64,000 nt of DNA, from the NCBI GenBank assembly GCA_038318385.1, contig JBBQCD010000001.1:14164-78163 (forward strand), given 5' to 3'. The notes beneath the pieces are model-generated. The model searched no databases. It worked only from the letters and a program-made list of their open reading frames with translations, and had not been told where the DNA came from. The stretch comes from Burkholderiales bacterium (GTDB taxonomy: Bacteria > Pseudomonadota > Gammaproteobacteria > Burkholderiales > Burkholderiaceae_C). The stretch's first letter is position 1, and each line of letters opens with the position of its first letter. The translations under genes were made by a program, and so were the position numbers. This document shows positions 10,380 to 21,093 of the stretch, piece after piece.

Positions 10380-11927
10380 ATGGCCGAGCCGATCCTGATC
10401 GCCCGACGAGGCGCCACCGAATGCTGCCTGCTGCCGGAAATGGCCAACCGCCACGGCCTGATCGCCGGGGCCACCGGGACCGGCAAGACCGTCTCGCTGC
10501 AGACGCTGGCCGAGGGCTTCAGCCGGCTCGGCGTGCCGGTCTTCATGGCGGACGTCAAGGGCGACCTGACCGGCATCACCCAACGCGGCACTTTGAGCCC
10601 GAAGATCGCCGCGATCCTCGCCGAGCGCGGCATCACGCCGACCCCACCGAAGGCCTGTCCGGCGACGCTGTGGGACGTCCTGGCGGGGCCGAAGGGCGCC
10701 GCGGGCCACCCGGTGCGCGCGACCGTCAGCGACATGGGGCCGCTGCTGCTGGCCCGCATGCTGGGACTGAACGAGACGCAGCAAGGCGTGCTGCAGCTCG
10801 TCTTCAAGATCGCCGACGACAACGGCCTGCTGCTGCTCGACCTGAAGGACCTGCGGGCGATGCTGCAGCACGTCGGCGACAACGCCGCCGACTACCAGAC
10901 CGCTTACGGCAACGTCAGCGCCGCCAGCATCGGTGCGATCCAGCGCGGGCTGCTGCAGATCGACAGCCAGGGGGGCGACCGCTTCTTCGGCGAGCCGATG
11001 CTCGACATCGACGACTTCCTGCAGACGGTCGATGGCGGCGGCGTCGTCAACATCCTCGTCGCCGAGCAGCTCCTCAACAGCCCGCGGCTCTACGCCACCT
11101 TCCTGCTGTGGCTGCTGTCCGAGCTGTTCGAACGACTCCCCGAAGTCGGCGACCTCGACAAGCCCAAGCTGGTGTTCTTCTTCGACGAGGCCCATCTGCT
11201 GTTCACAGATGCCCCGAAGGCGCTGGTCGAGCGCATCGAGCTCGTCGTGCGGCTCGTCCGCAGCAAGGGCGTCGGCGTCTACTTCGTGACGCAGAACCCA
11301 CTCGACATTCCCGACAGCGTCCTGGCGCAGCTCGGCAACCGCATCCAGCACGCGCTGCGCGCCTTCACCCCGCGCGACCAGAAAGCCGTCAAGGCAGCGG
11401 CGAGCACGATGCGCGCGAACCCGGGTCTCGACGTCGAGAGTGCGATCACCGAACTGGCCGTCGGCGAGGCTCTCGTCAGCCTGCTCGATGCCAAGGGCCG
11501 GCCGAGCGTGACCGAGCGCGCCTTCGTGATCCCGCCGGGCAGCCAGATCGGTCCGATCGACGCCGCGCAGCGCCAGGCGGTGATCGCCCGCTCGCTCGTC
11601 GCCGGGGTCTACGAAAAATTCGTCGACCGCGAATCGGCCTATGAAAAGCTGCAGAGCCGCGTCGCCGCGAGCCCGGCGAAGGGCCCCCCCGTCGGCACCA
11701 CAGCCCCGGCCGGAAGCGCCTCCTCTCCGACTGCACCGGCCGACGGCGGCATCCTCGGGGGCCTGCGCGACGCGATCTTCGGAAGCACCGGCCCGCGCGG
11801 CGGACGCCACGAGGGACTGGCCGAGTCCGCGGCACGGTCGGCGGTCCGTTCGATCGGCTCGAGCGTGGGCCGCGAGATCATCCGCGGCGTACTCGGCTCC
11901 ATCCTCGGCGGCGCGAAGCGGCGCTGA
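10380..11927 (+). CDS. HerA-like helicase-domain ATPase (DUF853/YjgR family)
   Basis: [20 protein letters not shown] (Walker A), [13 protein letters not shown] (Walker B), [15 protein letters not shown]. The track start at 10365 is a TTG. I prefer the ATG at 10380 (MAEPIL). Confidence 0.87.
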   Translation: MAEPILIARRGATECCLLPEMANRHGLIAGATGTGKTVSLQTLAEGFSRLGVPVFMADVKGDLTGITQRGTLSPKIAAILAERGITPTPPKACPATLWDVLAGPKGAAGHPVRATVSDMGPLLLARMLGLNETQQGVLQLVFKIADDNGLLLLDLKDLRAMLQHVGDNAADYQTAYGNVSAASIGAIQRGLLQIDSQGGDRFFGEPMLDIDDFLQTVDGGGVVNILVAEQLLNSPRLYATFLLWLLSELFERLPEVGDLDKPKLVFFFDEAHLLFTDAPKALVERIELVVRLVRSKGVGVYFVTQNPLDIPDSVLAQLGNRIQHALRAFTPRDQKAVKAAASTMRANPGLDVESAITELAVGEALVSLLDAKGRPSVTERAFVIPPGSQIGPIDAAQRQAVIARSLVAGVYEKFVDRESAYEKLQSRVAASPAKGPPVGTTAPAGSASSPTAPADGGILGGLRDAIFGSTGPRGGRHEGLAESAARSAVRSIGSSVGREIIRGVLGSILGGAKRR

Positions 11928-11966
11928 TCCCCCGAGCCCGCGTTCAGATCCCGTGCACGCGGCGCC

Positions 11967-12797
11967 TCAGATGCCCGCGTACCACTCGTAGCCTTCGTCT
12001 TCCCAATAACCGCCCTTGCCGCCGCGGATCGCAGCGAAGCTCGCGACCAGTTCGATGCTGCGGACGTACTTGGCCTGCTTGTAGCCGAGCTGGCGCTCGA
12101 CCCGGCAGCGCAGCGGCGCGCCGTTGCTGACTGGCAGCGCCTGATCGTTGAGCTCGTAGGCCAGGATGGTCTGCGGATGAAGGGCGTCGTCGAGATCGAT
12201 GCTCTCGTAGTAGCGCGAATCGCGACCGTCCGCGCTCGGACCGTCCATCGAGTCGTAGCAGCGGAACAGCACGAATTTCGCCTGAGGCAACGGCCGCACC
12301 CGCTCGAGCAGCGAGGACAACACCACGCCCTTCCACTTGCCGATGCAGCTCCAGCCCTCGACGCAATCGTGACGCGTGATCTGGGTGCGCGCCGGCAGCG
12401 CCCGCAACTCGTCGAGGCTGAAGGCCGCCGGCTGCTCGACCAGCCCGCCGATGGCCAGGCGATAAGCGGCGAAGCCGTCGCGGCGCAGGGCGGCGTAGTC
12501 CGCATCCCTTGGCTCGAGAGTGCCGTTGCTGCGGAACGTCTGGGCAACGTCCGCCGGCGCGAACTCCTGTGCCAGGGCCGGGCGCGGCGCGACGATCTTC
12601 TGCGCCGCCCGGCTGAGGCCCTCGGCGCTCTTGAGAGCCGCCACGAAGTCGGGGTTCTGCGACAGCCGGTCGCAGCCGGTCAGCATCGCCGCGCCCGCCG
12701 CCGCGACCGCACCACGCAGGAGGCTGCGCCGGTCGCGCTGGCGCGCGCGCATCAGCGGGTACGTCTTCTTCATGATCAGCGGGTACGTCTTCTTCAT
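11967..12797 (-). CDS. molybdopterin-dependent oxidoreductase (sulfite-oxidase-fold Oxidored_molyb family), Tat-signal lipoprotein
   Basis: RRSLLRGAVAAAGAAMLTGC is a twin-arginine motif plus lipobox. Also ITRHDCVEGWSCIGKWKGV, SNGAPLRCRVERQLGYKQAKYV. The ATG at 12797 overlaps the cytochrome b stop (ATGA). The track merges this gene with antisense-frame sequence into a 592-aa ORF. Confidence 0.85.
   Translation of the reverse strand: MKKTYPLIMKKTYPLMRARQRDRRSLLRGAVAAAGAAMLTGCDRLSQNPDFVAALKSAEGLSRAAQKIVAPRPALAQEFAPADVAQTFRSNGTLEPRDADYAALRRDGFAAYRLAIGGLVEQPAAFSLDELRALPARTQITRHDCVEGWSCIGKWKGVVLSSLLERVRPLPQAKFVLFRCYDSMDGPSADGRDSRYYESIDLDDALHPQTILAYELNDQALPVSNGAPLRCRVERQLGYKQAKYVRSIELVASFAAIRGGKGGYWEDEGYEWYAGI
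12750..12797 (-). repeat. 24-bp tandem duplication (2 copies, 1 mismatch) covering the start codon and first 8 codons of the molybdoenzyme gene
   Basis: The plus strand reads catcagcgggtacgtcttcttcat | gatcagcgggtacgtcttcttcat. The translated N-terminus is MKKTYPLI-MKKTYPLM. Confidence 0.97.
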
Positions 12798-13699
12798 GGC
12801 TCGACCTTTCGCGGCTTGTCGGCCGGGACCGTGTACCAGCCGGTGACCATCGACCGCAACTGGTTCCACACGCCGCCGACCAGGACTTCGAAGACGTGGA
12901 CGACGACGAACAGCAGCAAGCCGAAGGCCGCCAGGAAGTGGAGCGTGCGCGCCGATTGGCGGCCGCCGAGGAGCTCGACCCAGCCGGTGAAGACGGTGTC
13001 CAGCCGTGGCGACATCGCCAGGCCGGCGAAGACGATCAGCGGCAGCAGGCCGAAGACGACCACCAGGTAGGCGAGGTTCTGCAGCACGTTGTAGCGCCGC
13101 GCCGCCGCGCCCGTCGGATGCCGAAACAGCAGGTGATCGCGGATCGAGCGACCGATGTTGCGTAACTCCTCGCGCGTCGGCACGAGGTCGCGAACCAGAT
13201 GCCGGCTGAACAGCGTGTAGAGGATGTACAGCACGCCGTTGACCACGAAGATCCAGGCGAAGAAGAAGTGCCAGTGGCGTGCCATCGCCAGCCACTGGGG
13301 GCCGGGGATGGTCGCCCAGGACGGGAAGGCGCGCACGGTGGGCCGTCCGTCCACGGCCGACAGGCCGAGCACGCCGGTGGTGGTGAATTCGCTGCCGGCG
13401 ATGCGGGTCACCCCAATCGGACCCTGCGGCGTGTCGCGCCCGCCGATCGAGACCCAGGGGTCGGCAAAAGTCGACTCGCGGCCCCAGTACAGCGCGGGGT
13501 GGGCGTTGAAGATGTTGAGCCCGCTCATCAGCAGGATCGTCATGCAGACCACGTTGATCCAGTGCATGACGCGGATCGGCAGCCGGTGCCGGTAGAAACG
13601 CCGGTCCTCGGACTCGGCTGCCACTCGCCCCGCCGGCTCGGCTGCGACGCGTCCCGTCGGCTCGGCCTCGCCCGTTCCCGCTGCCGTGGCTATCTGCAT
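12794..13699 (-). CDS. cytochrome b-type membrane subunit (Ni/Fe-hydrogenase b-type cytochrome / PF01292-like)
   Basis: FYRHRLPIRVMHWINVVCMTILLMSGLNIF, four or more hydrophobic helices, conserved His residues (HW, HWHFFFAW, HVFE). It is translationally coupled to the downstream molybdoenzyme. Confidence 0.8.
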   Translation of the reverse strand: MQIATAAGTGEAEPTGRVAAEPAGRVAAESEDRRFYRHRLPIRVMHWINVVCMTILLMSGLNIFNAHPALYWGRESTFADPWVSIGGRDTPQGPIGVTRIAGSEFTTTGVLGLSAVDGRPTVRAFPSWATIPGPQWLAMARHWHFFFAWIFVVNGVLYILYTLFSRHLVRDLVPTREELRNIGRSIRDHLLFRHPTGAAARRYNVLQNLAYLVVVFGLLPLIVFAGLAMSPRLDTVFTGWVELLGGRQSARTLHFLAAFGLLLFVVVHVFEVLVGGVWNQLRSMVTGWYTVPADKPRKVEP

Positions 13700-13803
13700 G
13701 CCTGGACCTCCGCTGGTGTGATCGTGTGGAACGGGACCGCGACACGATCCCGTCGATCAGTCGGCCTGCCCCGCGCCGGCCTTACAGCGATCCGTTGCGT
13801 CGA

Positions 13804-15642
13804 TCACGGCACGGGCGCCATCTGCACGGCCGGGCGTTGCAGCAGTCGTGCCTGCGCGGTGACCGCGCCGACGATGTGATTGGCGAAGAAGCTGTTCTGC
13901 GTGTCCGGTTCGAGCGCGGCGACAGCGAGGTTGGCGAGCGGCTGGTCGAGCGGGACGTAGTAGCTGCCGATCTTCATGTCGATCAGCGCCGGCACCGTCT
14001 CGACCTTGGCGCGGATCACGCCGCCCCCGTCGAAGAGGACGCCCCGCACGTCCTGGCGCGCACCGACCTCGCGGCCGAGCTCGCGATAGACCTCGCCACG
14101 CGCCTCGCCGAGCGCCTCGACACGCTCGACCTGAACGCCGAGTGCACGCAGGTGCTGCACCGCGTCGGCCTCGCTTTCGGCAAGCCAGTAGCCGCACGGT
14201 CGCGGCCGGCTCTTCAATGCCCGCAACTCGAGGGCCGAGTCCCAGGTGACATTGACCGGCTTGTCGGCACCCGTCACCGGGTCGATCATCAGCAGGCGAT
14301 ATTCGCTCGGCGTCGGCGCAGCCTCGACGACGACCTCGCCCTGGCAGGCCAGCGCACTCACCTCCTGGTCGACGAACTGACGCAGCTTGACGAGATCGCC
14401 GGCGCGCGACGCCGCGCTTTCGAGAATGCTGGAGGCGGCGACGACATGGGTCTGGACGCGGCGCTTGAGGTGCAGGCGCCCGATGCCGACCCCCCGCGTC
14501 TCCACCAGGATGCTGATGGCGTTCGTCAACCCGAACACATTGCGTCCGGTGTCCGGCTGCGTGCCGCCCATCGAGATCTTCTTGTCGGCGATGTCGGTGG
14601 AGGTCGTGTAGTACCACTCCGAAGTCAGCCCCTGCTGCTTCAGGCGGGCGACGGCTGGCGCGCGAAACCATTCCTCGGCGGCGCGGGTCACGAACGGCGG
14701 CATGTTGGCGGTCATCGCGTACTGCAGCAGCGCGTCGAACCGTTGAACGGCGCCGAACTTCTCGAGGTAACGCCCGACGACGGTGTATTCGTGGGCGTCG
14801 ACGACGACGAGCGGCACGAACTCGCGCGCCAGCCGCGCCAGCGCCTGGGCCTCGGGAGTCTTCAACAACAGGTGATCGCGGTTGGCATCGATGCCGTTGG
14901 CCGTCGCCCGGCGGTTCGCCTCGGCGCCGTCCGGATTCGCGCGGGGCATGACGACGACGTTGATCCGGTCGAGCAGCGCCTCGAGGCGGCCGTGGGCCAG
15001 TTCCTGGGCGATGACGAGCAGCGCTTCACTGCCGGCGGGCTCGTCGCCATGCTGCTGGCCGACGAGCAGGACCGTCGGCCGCGCCGGCATCGCCCCCGAC
15101 AGCACCGAACCCGGCAACGGCAGCACGGCTGCGGGTTGCCCGCGGGTGAACAGCAGCGCTTCGAGCGGCGTGCCGTTCTGCGACGTGCCCAGCAGCAACA
15201 GCTTGATCTCGGTGCCGCCGAGCCGCTGACCGCTGGCACGGACCAGGTCGACCATGGCCGCGTGCAGTTCCGCGTTGCTGGTGAAGCCGGGGTGATCGGG
15301 TGCGAACGCCGGCGTGTGGAAATCGACCTGCGGATCGGCGAAGCGAGCGGCGACGGCGGGGCCGTACGGCGGGGGTGCGGCTGGCGCCAGCGGCACCGGC
15401 TCGGGCAGTGCCGCGGACGGGACCGGCTGCGCCTGGGCCACCGGCGCCGAGGCCGCCGAGCCGGCCGAGGGTGCGGGCATGACCGGGGCCGGTGCCACTG
15501 CAGCGGGGGGCGGCGGCGAAGCCACCGGCACCGGACGCGGCAGCGGCCGCAGCGGCGTGCTCGAACAGGCCGCCAGCACGACCAGCAGGCCGATCCGGAT
15601 CGGCCATGCGCGCCAGCGGCGCCAGGATTCGCTCAAACGCAT
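13804..15642 (-). CDS. M14-family zinc carboxypeptidase, lipoprotein with Ala/Pro-rich linker
   Basis: GQQHGDEPAGSEALL (HxxE zinc motif), VVMPRANPDGAE, NRDH, VVDAHEY. I prefer the ATG at 15642, which gives MRLSESWRRWRAWPIRIGLLVVLAAC (lipobox). Confidence 0.85.
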   Translation of the reverse strand: MRLSESWRRWRAWPIRIGLLVVLAACSSTPLRPLPRPVPVASPPPPAAVAPAPVMPAPSAGSAASAPVAQAQPVPSAALPEPVPLAPAAPPPYGPAVAARFADPQVDFHTPAFAPDHPGFTSNAELHAAMVDLVRASGQRLGGTEIKLLLLGTSQNGTPLEALLFTRGQPAAVLPLPGSVLSGAMPARPTVLLVGQQHGDEPAGSEALLVIAQELAHGRLEALLDRINVVVMPRANPDGAEANRRATANGIDANRDHLLLKTPEAQALARLAREFVPLVVVDAHEYTVVGRYLEKFGAVQRFDALLQYAMTANMPPFVTRAAEEWFRAPAVARLKQQGLTSEWYYTTSTDIADKKISMGGTQPDTGRNVFGLTNAISILVETRGVGIGRLHLKRRVQTHVVAASSILESAASRAGDLVKLRQFVDQEVSALACQGEVVVEAAPTPSEYRLLMIDPVTGADKPVNVTWDSALELRALKSRPRPCGYWLAESEADAVQHLRALGVQVERVEALGEARGEVYRELGREVGARQDVRGVLFDGGGVIRAKVETVPALIDMKIGSYYVPLDQPLANLAVAALEPDTQNSFFANHIVGAVTAQARLLQRPAVQMAPVP

Positions 15643-15777
15643 CGGCAGCGCACTCTCGTCGACATTCACGCATTCTTCCCCGGAAGACCTTTGCAGGACG
15701 GCGCCGGCCACTATAGCCTCGGCCCCCGCGCGGACGCGCACAATTCCCTGTCACCTACCGCCCCACCCGGAGTCGCC

Positions 15778-16263
15778 ATGTTCGTCGTCAAATGGTTCGT
15801 CATCGTTCTGCTGGTGGTGGCGCTGGGCGCGGTCGCGATCGGCCAGGCGGGTCTGCTGAAGGGGCATCCGCCCACCCAGCTCGGCGTACGCGACGGCCGA
15901 CTCCAGCCTCCGTCGACCACGCCGAACAGCGTCTCGAGCCAGGCCGGGCTCTACCCCGAGCACACGATGCGGGCCTATGCGAGCGTGTCGCCCTACAAGC
16001 TCAAGGGCAGCGGCCCGGCCACGATCGCCAAGCTCAAGGGCATCGCCGAGGACATGGGCGCCGAAGTCGTGCAGAGCGCCCCGGACTACCTGTATGCCGA
16101 GTTCACGACGCCCGTGATGAAATTCGTCGATGACGTCGAGTTCTGGTTCAACCCGGTCGATCAGGTGATCGAGGTCCGCTCGGCATCGCGCCTCGGCAGC
16201 AAGGACCTCGGCACGAACCGCGACCGCATCGAGACCATCCGGCGCCGCCTCAACGCACTCTGA
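15778..16263 (+). CDS. DUF1499-family protein with N-terminal membrane anchor
   Basis: The ATG at 15778 starts MFVVKWFVIVLLVVALGAVAIG. Downstream: DYLYAEFTTPVMKFVDDVEFWF...IEVRSASRLGSKDLGTNRDRIE, which matches the DUF1499 pattern. Confidence 0.72.
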   Translation: MFVVKWFVIVLLVVALGAVAIGQAGLLKGHPPTQLGVRDGRLQPPSTTPNSVSSQAGLYPEHTMRAYASVSPYKLKGSGPATIAKLKGIAEDMGAEVVQSAPDYLYAEFTTPVMKFVDDVEFWFNPVDQVIEVRSASRLGSKDLGTNRDRIETIRRRLNAL

Positions 16264-16470
16264 TCGGCCCGTTGCGCCGCCCTCGGCGCCTGGAAGCCCG
16301 CCTCTGACGCCTTGCGGCCTGCCTCCGCCGCCTGGAGGCCCGCTTCGGACGCGGCTGGCGCACCTGCCGCCACGCTTCGCGCTGCGCTTGGGCGTTTCGT
16401 CGCAGCCCCCTGGCCGATCGGGCACAGCGTCGGCAGAGTCCTGCCATCGCCATCGGATGGAGAACAGACC

Positions 16471-17004
16471 ATGCCCTCGAACCTTCCGCTCACGACCGTC
16501 ATCCTCGAGATCCTGCGCCACACCCCGGCCTATGTCTGGGTCATCCTCGCCGCGCTCGTCGCCGCCGGCCTGCTGCAGTGGCGCGACCACGCCGTGCCCC
16601 GCTCGCGGCTGGCGATCGCGCCAGTCGCTCTCGGTGTCTATTCGCTCTGGGGCGCCACTCACGCCTTTGGGGTCACGGCCGGGATTGTGGCGGCCTGGGC
16701 CCTTGGCGTCGGCGCGGCGCTGGTCGCCAACCGCTGGCTGCGCTGGCCGCGAGCCGTCGGCATCGACTCCGCAGGGCGGTACGCGTTGCGCGGCAGCCCC
16801 TGGCCACTGGTTGCGATGATGGCCGTCTTTGCCCTGCGCTACGCCGTCGCGGTGACGCTGGTGTTCCATCACGATTGGGCCGCCGACCCGTTGTTCAGCG
16901 GTTCGATGGCGTTGCTCTACGGCGCGATTTCCGGGCTGTTCGCGGCACGCGCCCTGCGCATCCTGCGCACCGGCAGTCGCCACACCGCGCTGGCGACGGC
17001 CTGA
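16471..17004 (+). CDS. polytopic inner-membrane protein of unknown function
   Basis: The ATG at 16471 follows GGATGGAGAA. The product has about 5 hydrophobic segments (VWVILAALVAAGLL, IAPVALGVYSLWG, GIVAAWALGVGAAL and others). I recognise no catalytic motif. Confidence 0.55.
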   Translation: MPSNLPLTTVILEILRHTPAYVWVILAALVAAGLLQWRDHAVPRSRLAIAPVALGVYSLWGATHAFGVTAGIVAAWALGVGAALVANRWLRWPRAVGIDSAGRYALRGSPWPLVAMMAVFALRYAVAVTLVFHHDWAADPLFSGSMALLYGAISGLFAARALRILRTGSRHTALATA

Positions 17005-17052
17005 GCGCCGCCAGGCCCTAGACTTCCAGCCACCCTTGCCGCGCTGCCCGCC

Positions 17053-18035
17053 ATGAACGGCCTCGACCGGTTCCTGCTTTTCGTCGCGTTGCCGACCGTG
17101 CTCGCCGCATCGCTGCTCGAAGCGCTGGTGCTCGCCCGGCTTCGGGCCTACGACTGGCGCTCGGCCGGGGTGTCGCTGCTGGACCTGTTCGCGCGCATCG
17201 CCTTGCAGATCCTCGTCCCGGTCTCGATCGCGACGCCGCTGATCCTGCTGGCGCACCAGCACCGCCTCGGCACGATCGCACTCGACGGCTGGGCTCCGCT
17301 GCTGGCGCTGTTCGTCGGCCAGGAGTTCTGCTACTACTGGTTCCACCGCGCGGCCCACCGGGTGCGCTGGTTCTGGTGCAACCACGCCGTCCACCATTCC
17401 TCCAACGACCTGAACCTGGCGGCGGCATACCGCATCGGTGCGTTCAGCAGGATCGCCGGCAGTTCGGTGTTCTACCTGCCGCTGATCTGGATCGGCTTTC
17501 CGCCCCGCATCGTGTTCGAAGTCCTGGCCCTCAACCTGCTCTACCAGTTCTGGATCCATGCGGCATGGATACCAAGGCTCGGCTGGCTGGAGCATGTTCT
17601 CAACACCCCGTCGGCACACCGTGTCCACCATGCCGCCAACCTCGAGTACCTCGACGCCAACTACGGCGGCGTGCTGATCGTCTTCGACCGTCTCTTCGGC
17701 ACCTACCGGCCCGAGCGCGAGGACCTGCCCTGTCAATACGGCCTGGTCGAGCCGCTTCGCGGCAACAACCCGCTGAAAATCGAGTTCCACGAGTGGTCGC
17801 GTCTCGTCCGGGACCTCGTGGCGGCACGCAGCCTGCGCGCCGTCGCCGGATACCTGCTGATGCCGCCCGGCTGGCGCGCCGACGGTCCCGGCAGCACCAC
17901 GGCCGAGCTGCGGGCCCGTGCGGCCGGCGCACCCCATGCCCCTGCGCGGCCGAGCGGCGACTCGGCCGCGAAAGCGACGCCTCCGCTCCTACCTTCGGCG
18001 GTGGTCGACACGCTGCCGGCCGGGCAGGCGGCGCG

Positions 18036-18039
<4 letters not shown>
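17053..18039 (+). CDS. sterol desaturase / fatty-acid hydroxylase superfamily membrane enzyme
   Basis: Histidine boxes: WFHRAAHRV, HAVHHSS, HRVHHAAN. Also YGGVLIVFDRLFGTY. The stop overlaps the kinase ATG (ATGA 18036-18039). Confidence 0.85.
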
Positions 18040-19150
<1,111 letters not shown>

Positions 19151-19154
<4 letters not shown>

Positions 19155-19975
19155 TCGCCGCGACCGCCCTGATCGCCGAGGACGAGCCACTGCTCGCCGC
19201 TTCGCTGCAGGCCGAGCTTGCGCGTGCCTGGCCCGAGCTGCGTGTCGTGGCCAACGTGGGCCATGGCGCGGCCGCGGTCGAGGCCGCGCTCGCCCACCGA
19301 CCGCAAGTGCTGTTCCTCGACATCCGCATGCCGGGGATGTCGGGTCTCGAAGCCGCCCAGGCGATCGCCGAAGACTGGCCCGATGAGGTTGCGGCACCGC
19401 TGATCGTCTTTGTCACCGCCTACGACCAGTACGCACTCGAGGCCTTCGCCCACGCCGCGGTCGACTACCTGCTCAAGCCCGTCGACGGCGCCCGGCTGGC
19501 GCAGACCTGCGGGCGAGCCTCGGCCTTGCTGGTGCGTCAGGCGGCGGCGCCGGCGGCGTCGGCGCCGCAAAACTGGGACGAGGCGCTCGGCCAGCTGCGC
19601 AGCCTGCTCGCCCAGCCGGGGCTCGCGGGCGCAACGGCGTCGCCCGCGCCACCCCTGCGAGTCATTCAAGCGGGTGTCGGCAACACCATCCAGCTGGTCC
19701 CTGTGGAAGAGGTCATCTGCTTCGAAGCCGCGGACAAGTACGTGCGGGTGCTCACCGCCGACCGCGAACTGCTGATCCGCACCGCGCTGAAGGAATTGAT
19801 TCCGCAACTCGACCCGACGCGTTTCTGGCAGGTCCACCGCGGTACCGTGGTGCGCGCCGACGCGATCGCCGCGGCGCTGCGCGACGAGGCCGGCAAGATC
19901 ACGCTGACGCTGCGCGGGCGCCCGGAGCGGTTGAGCGTCAGCCGCCTCTACGCCCCTTTGTTCAAGGCCATGTAG
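19151..19975 (+). CDS. LytR/AlgR-family response regulator (REC + LytTR)
   Basis: ALIAEDEPLL...VLFLDIRMPGMSGLE (receiver domain) and VEEVICFEAADKYVRVLTADRELLIRTALKEL...FWQVHRGTVV (LytTR domain). ATGA overlap with the kinase stop. Confidence 0.9.
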
Positions 19976-19987
19976 GCCCCGGGAGGA

Positions 19988-20287
19988 ATGCCGATGGAAC
20001 CCAAGGTCGACCGCCATTCGCTCGATGCTCGGGCGCGCCGCCGCGTCGGCAGGAAGCTCGGCTTCTACATACACGCGACGGTGTTCGTCATCGTGAATCT
20101 GGGGCTCTACACGCTCAACGGTGTCATCGGCGGAACGCGATGGTCACACTTCCCCTTGTGGGGGTGGGGGCTCGGACTGGCGATCCACGGGCTGGTGACT
20201 TTCGCCAGCTTGCGCGGCGAAGGCGTCCACCGCCGGATGGTGGAACGCGAGGTCGATCGACTGCGGAGCAAAGAGCCCGGGGCCTAG
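19988..20287 (+). CDS. 2TM-domain small membrane protein
   Basis: 99 aa. GFYIHATVFVIVNLGLYTLN and WGWGLGLAIHGLVTF are two helices of the 2TM-domain type. It lies 13 nt after the LytTR gene. Confidence 0.72.
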   Translation: MPMEPKVDRHSLDARARRRVGRKLGFYIHATVFVIVNLGLYTLNGVIGGTRWSHFPLWGWGLGLAIHGLVTFASLRGEGVHRRMVEREVDRLRSKEPGA

Positions 20288-20311
20288 GCCTCGAGCTCTG
20301 CGCTCATCCCG

Positions 20312-20327
20312 GCCTCGGGCCCGAGGC
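20312..20327. terminator. GC-rich perfect palindrome between convergent genes (candidate bidirectional terminator hairpin)
   Basis: gcctcgggcccgaggc is a perfect 16-nt palindrome between the stops at 20287 (+) and 20332 (-). There is no U-tract. Confidence 0.35.
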
Positions 20328-20331
20328 TGCG

Positions 20332-20814
20332 TTACAGCCGCTGAAGCTGACCGTTGTCCCACTTCACGCGGTCACCGACGCGCAGGTCGTCGACCCGCTG
20401 GAAGTCGAACTCGCGGCTCGAGCCGTCGTCGAAGCGCACCGACACGCGGAAGACCTCGTCTTCGCGGCGCGTGCGCTTCTCGATGGCGTTCCCGGCGAAG
20501 CCGCCGCCCACCGCTCCGGCCACGGTCGCCGCGGCGCGGCCATTGCCGCTGCCGATCTGGTTGCCGACCACCGCGCCCAGCACGGCACCGAGGACCGCGC
20601 CCCCGCCGCTGGTGCGCGCCTGCATCGGCACGAGTTCGATGTTGCGCACCGTGCCGAACTCGGCACGGGCCGGCGCATGCCGATAGGCAGGCGGCGCCTG
20701 GTTGTAGACGGGGGCAGACGATTGGTAGGCGTCGCCGCGCATCGGCGTCGACGAGCAGGCGCCGAGCGCGGCGATCGCGGCGGCGCAGACGAGGGATGTG
20801 GTGGACCTGATCAT
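20332..20814 (-). CDS. glycine-zipper (Rick_17kDa_Anti/Gly-zipper_2TM type) outer-membrane lipoprotein
   Basis: The ATG at 20814 follows GGAGA. MIRSTTSLVCAAAIAALGAC is a lipobox. GGGAVLGAVLGAVVGNQIGSGNG...GAVGGGFAGNAIE is a glycine zipper. The C-terminal domain includes VGDRVKW. Confidence 0.75.
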   Translation of the reverse strand: MIRSTTSLVCAAAIAALGACSSTPMRGDAYQSSAPVYNQAPPAYRHAPARAEFGTVRNIELVPMQARTSGGGAVLGAVLGAVVGNQIGSGNGRAAATVAGAVGGGFAGNAIEKRTRREDEVFRVSVRFDDGSSREFDFQRVDDLRVGDRVKWDNGQLQRL

Positions 20815-21093
20815 GGTTGTCTCCTGGTGGGGCTCCGCGACGAGGGTGCTCGCGCATTTCGGCGGACAGGGTTGGATCCTCTCCCAAGGTCCCGATTTGA
20901 TGAATCGGACCGGGGCCGTTGCCACTGTGGGTCGCCGCCTACGTCCGACGTAGTCGGCATCTCACGGCAGACTCCATCGGGACGATCAGCTGCCGACTAC
21001 CGCCTGCTTCAGTTGCTTTTTCGCGCGTAGAGGCAGCAGAGCCACCGGGTAGGTCCGACTCTCGTCGGAACTCCGGTCGCTGGCATCGACGAT

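Noticed and set aside
11967-13745. A single 592-aa ORF spanning the molybdoenzyme and the cytochrome b region.
   Set aside because: Only the C-terminal 276 aa, from the MKKTYPL start, show Oxidored_molyb motifs and a Tat/lipobox signal. The upstream part is a shadow frame over the real cytochrome b gene (12794-13699), which is in another frame.
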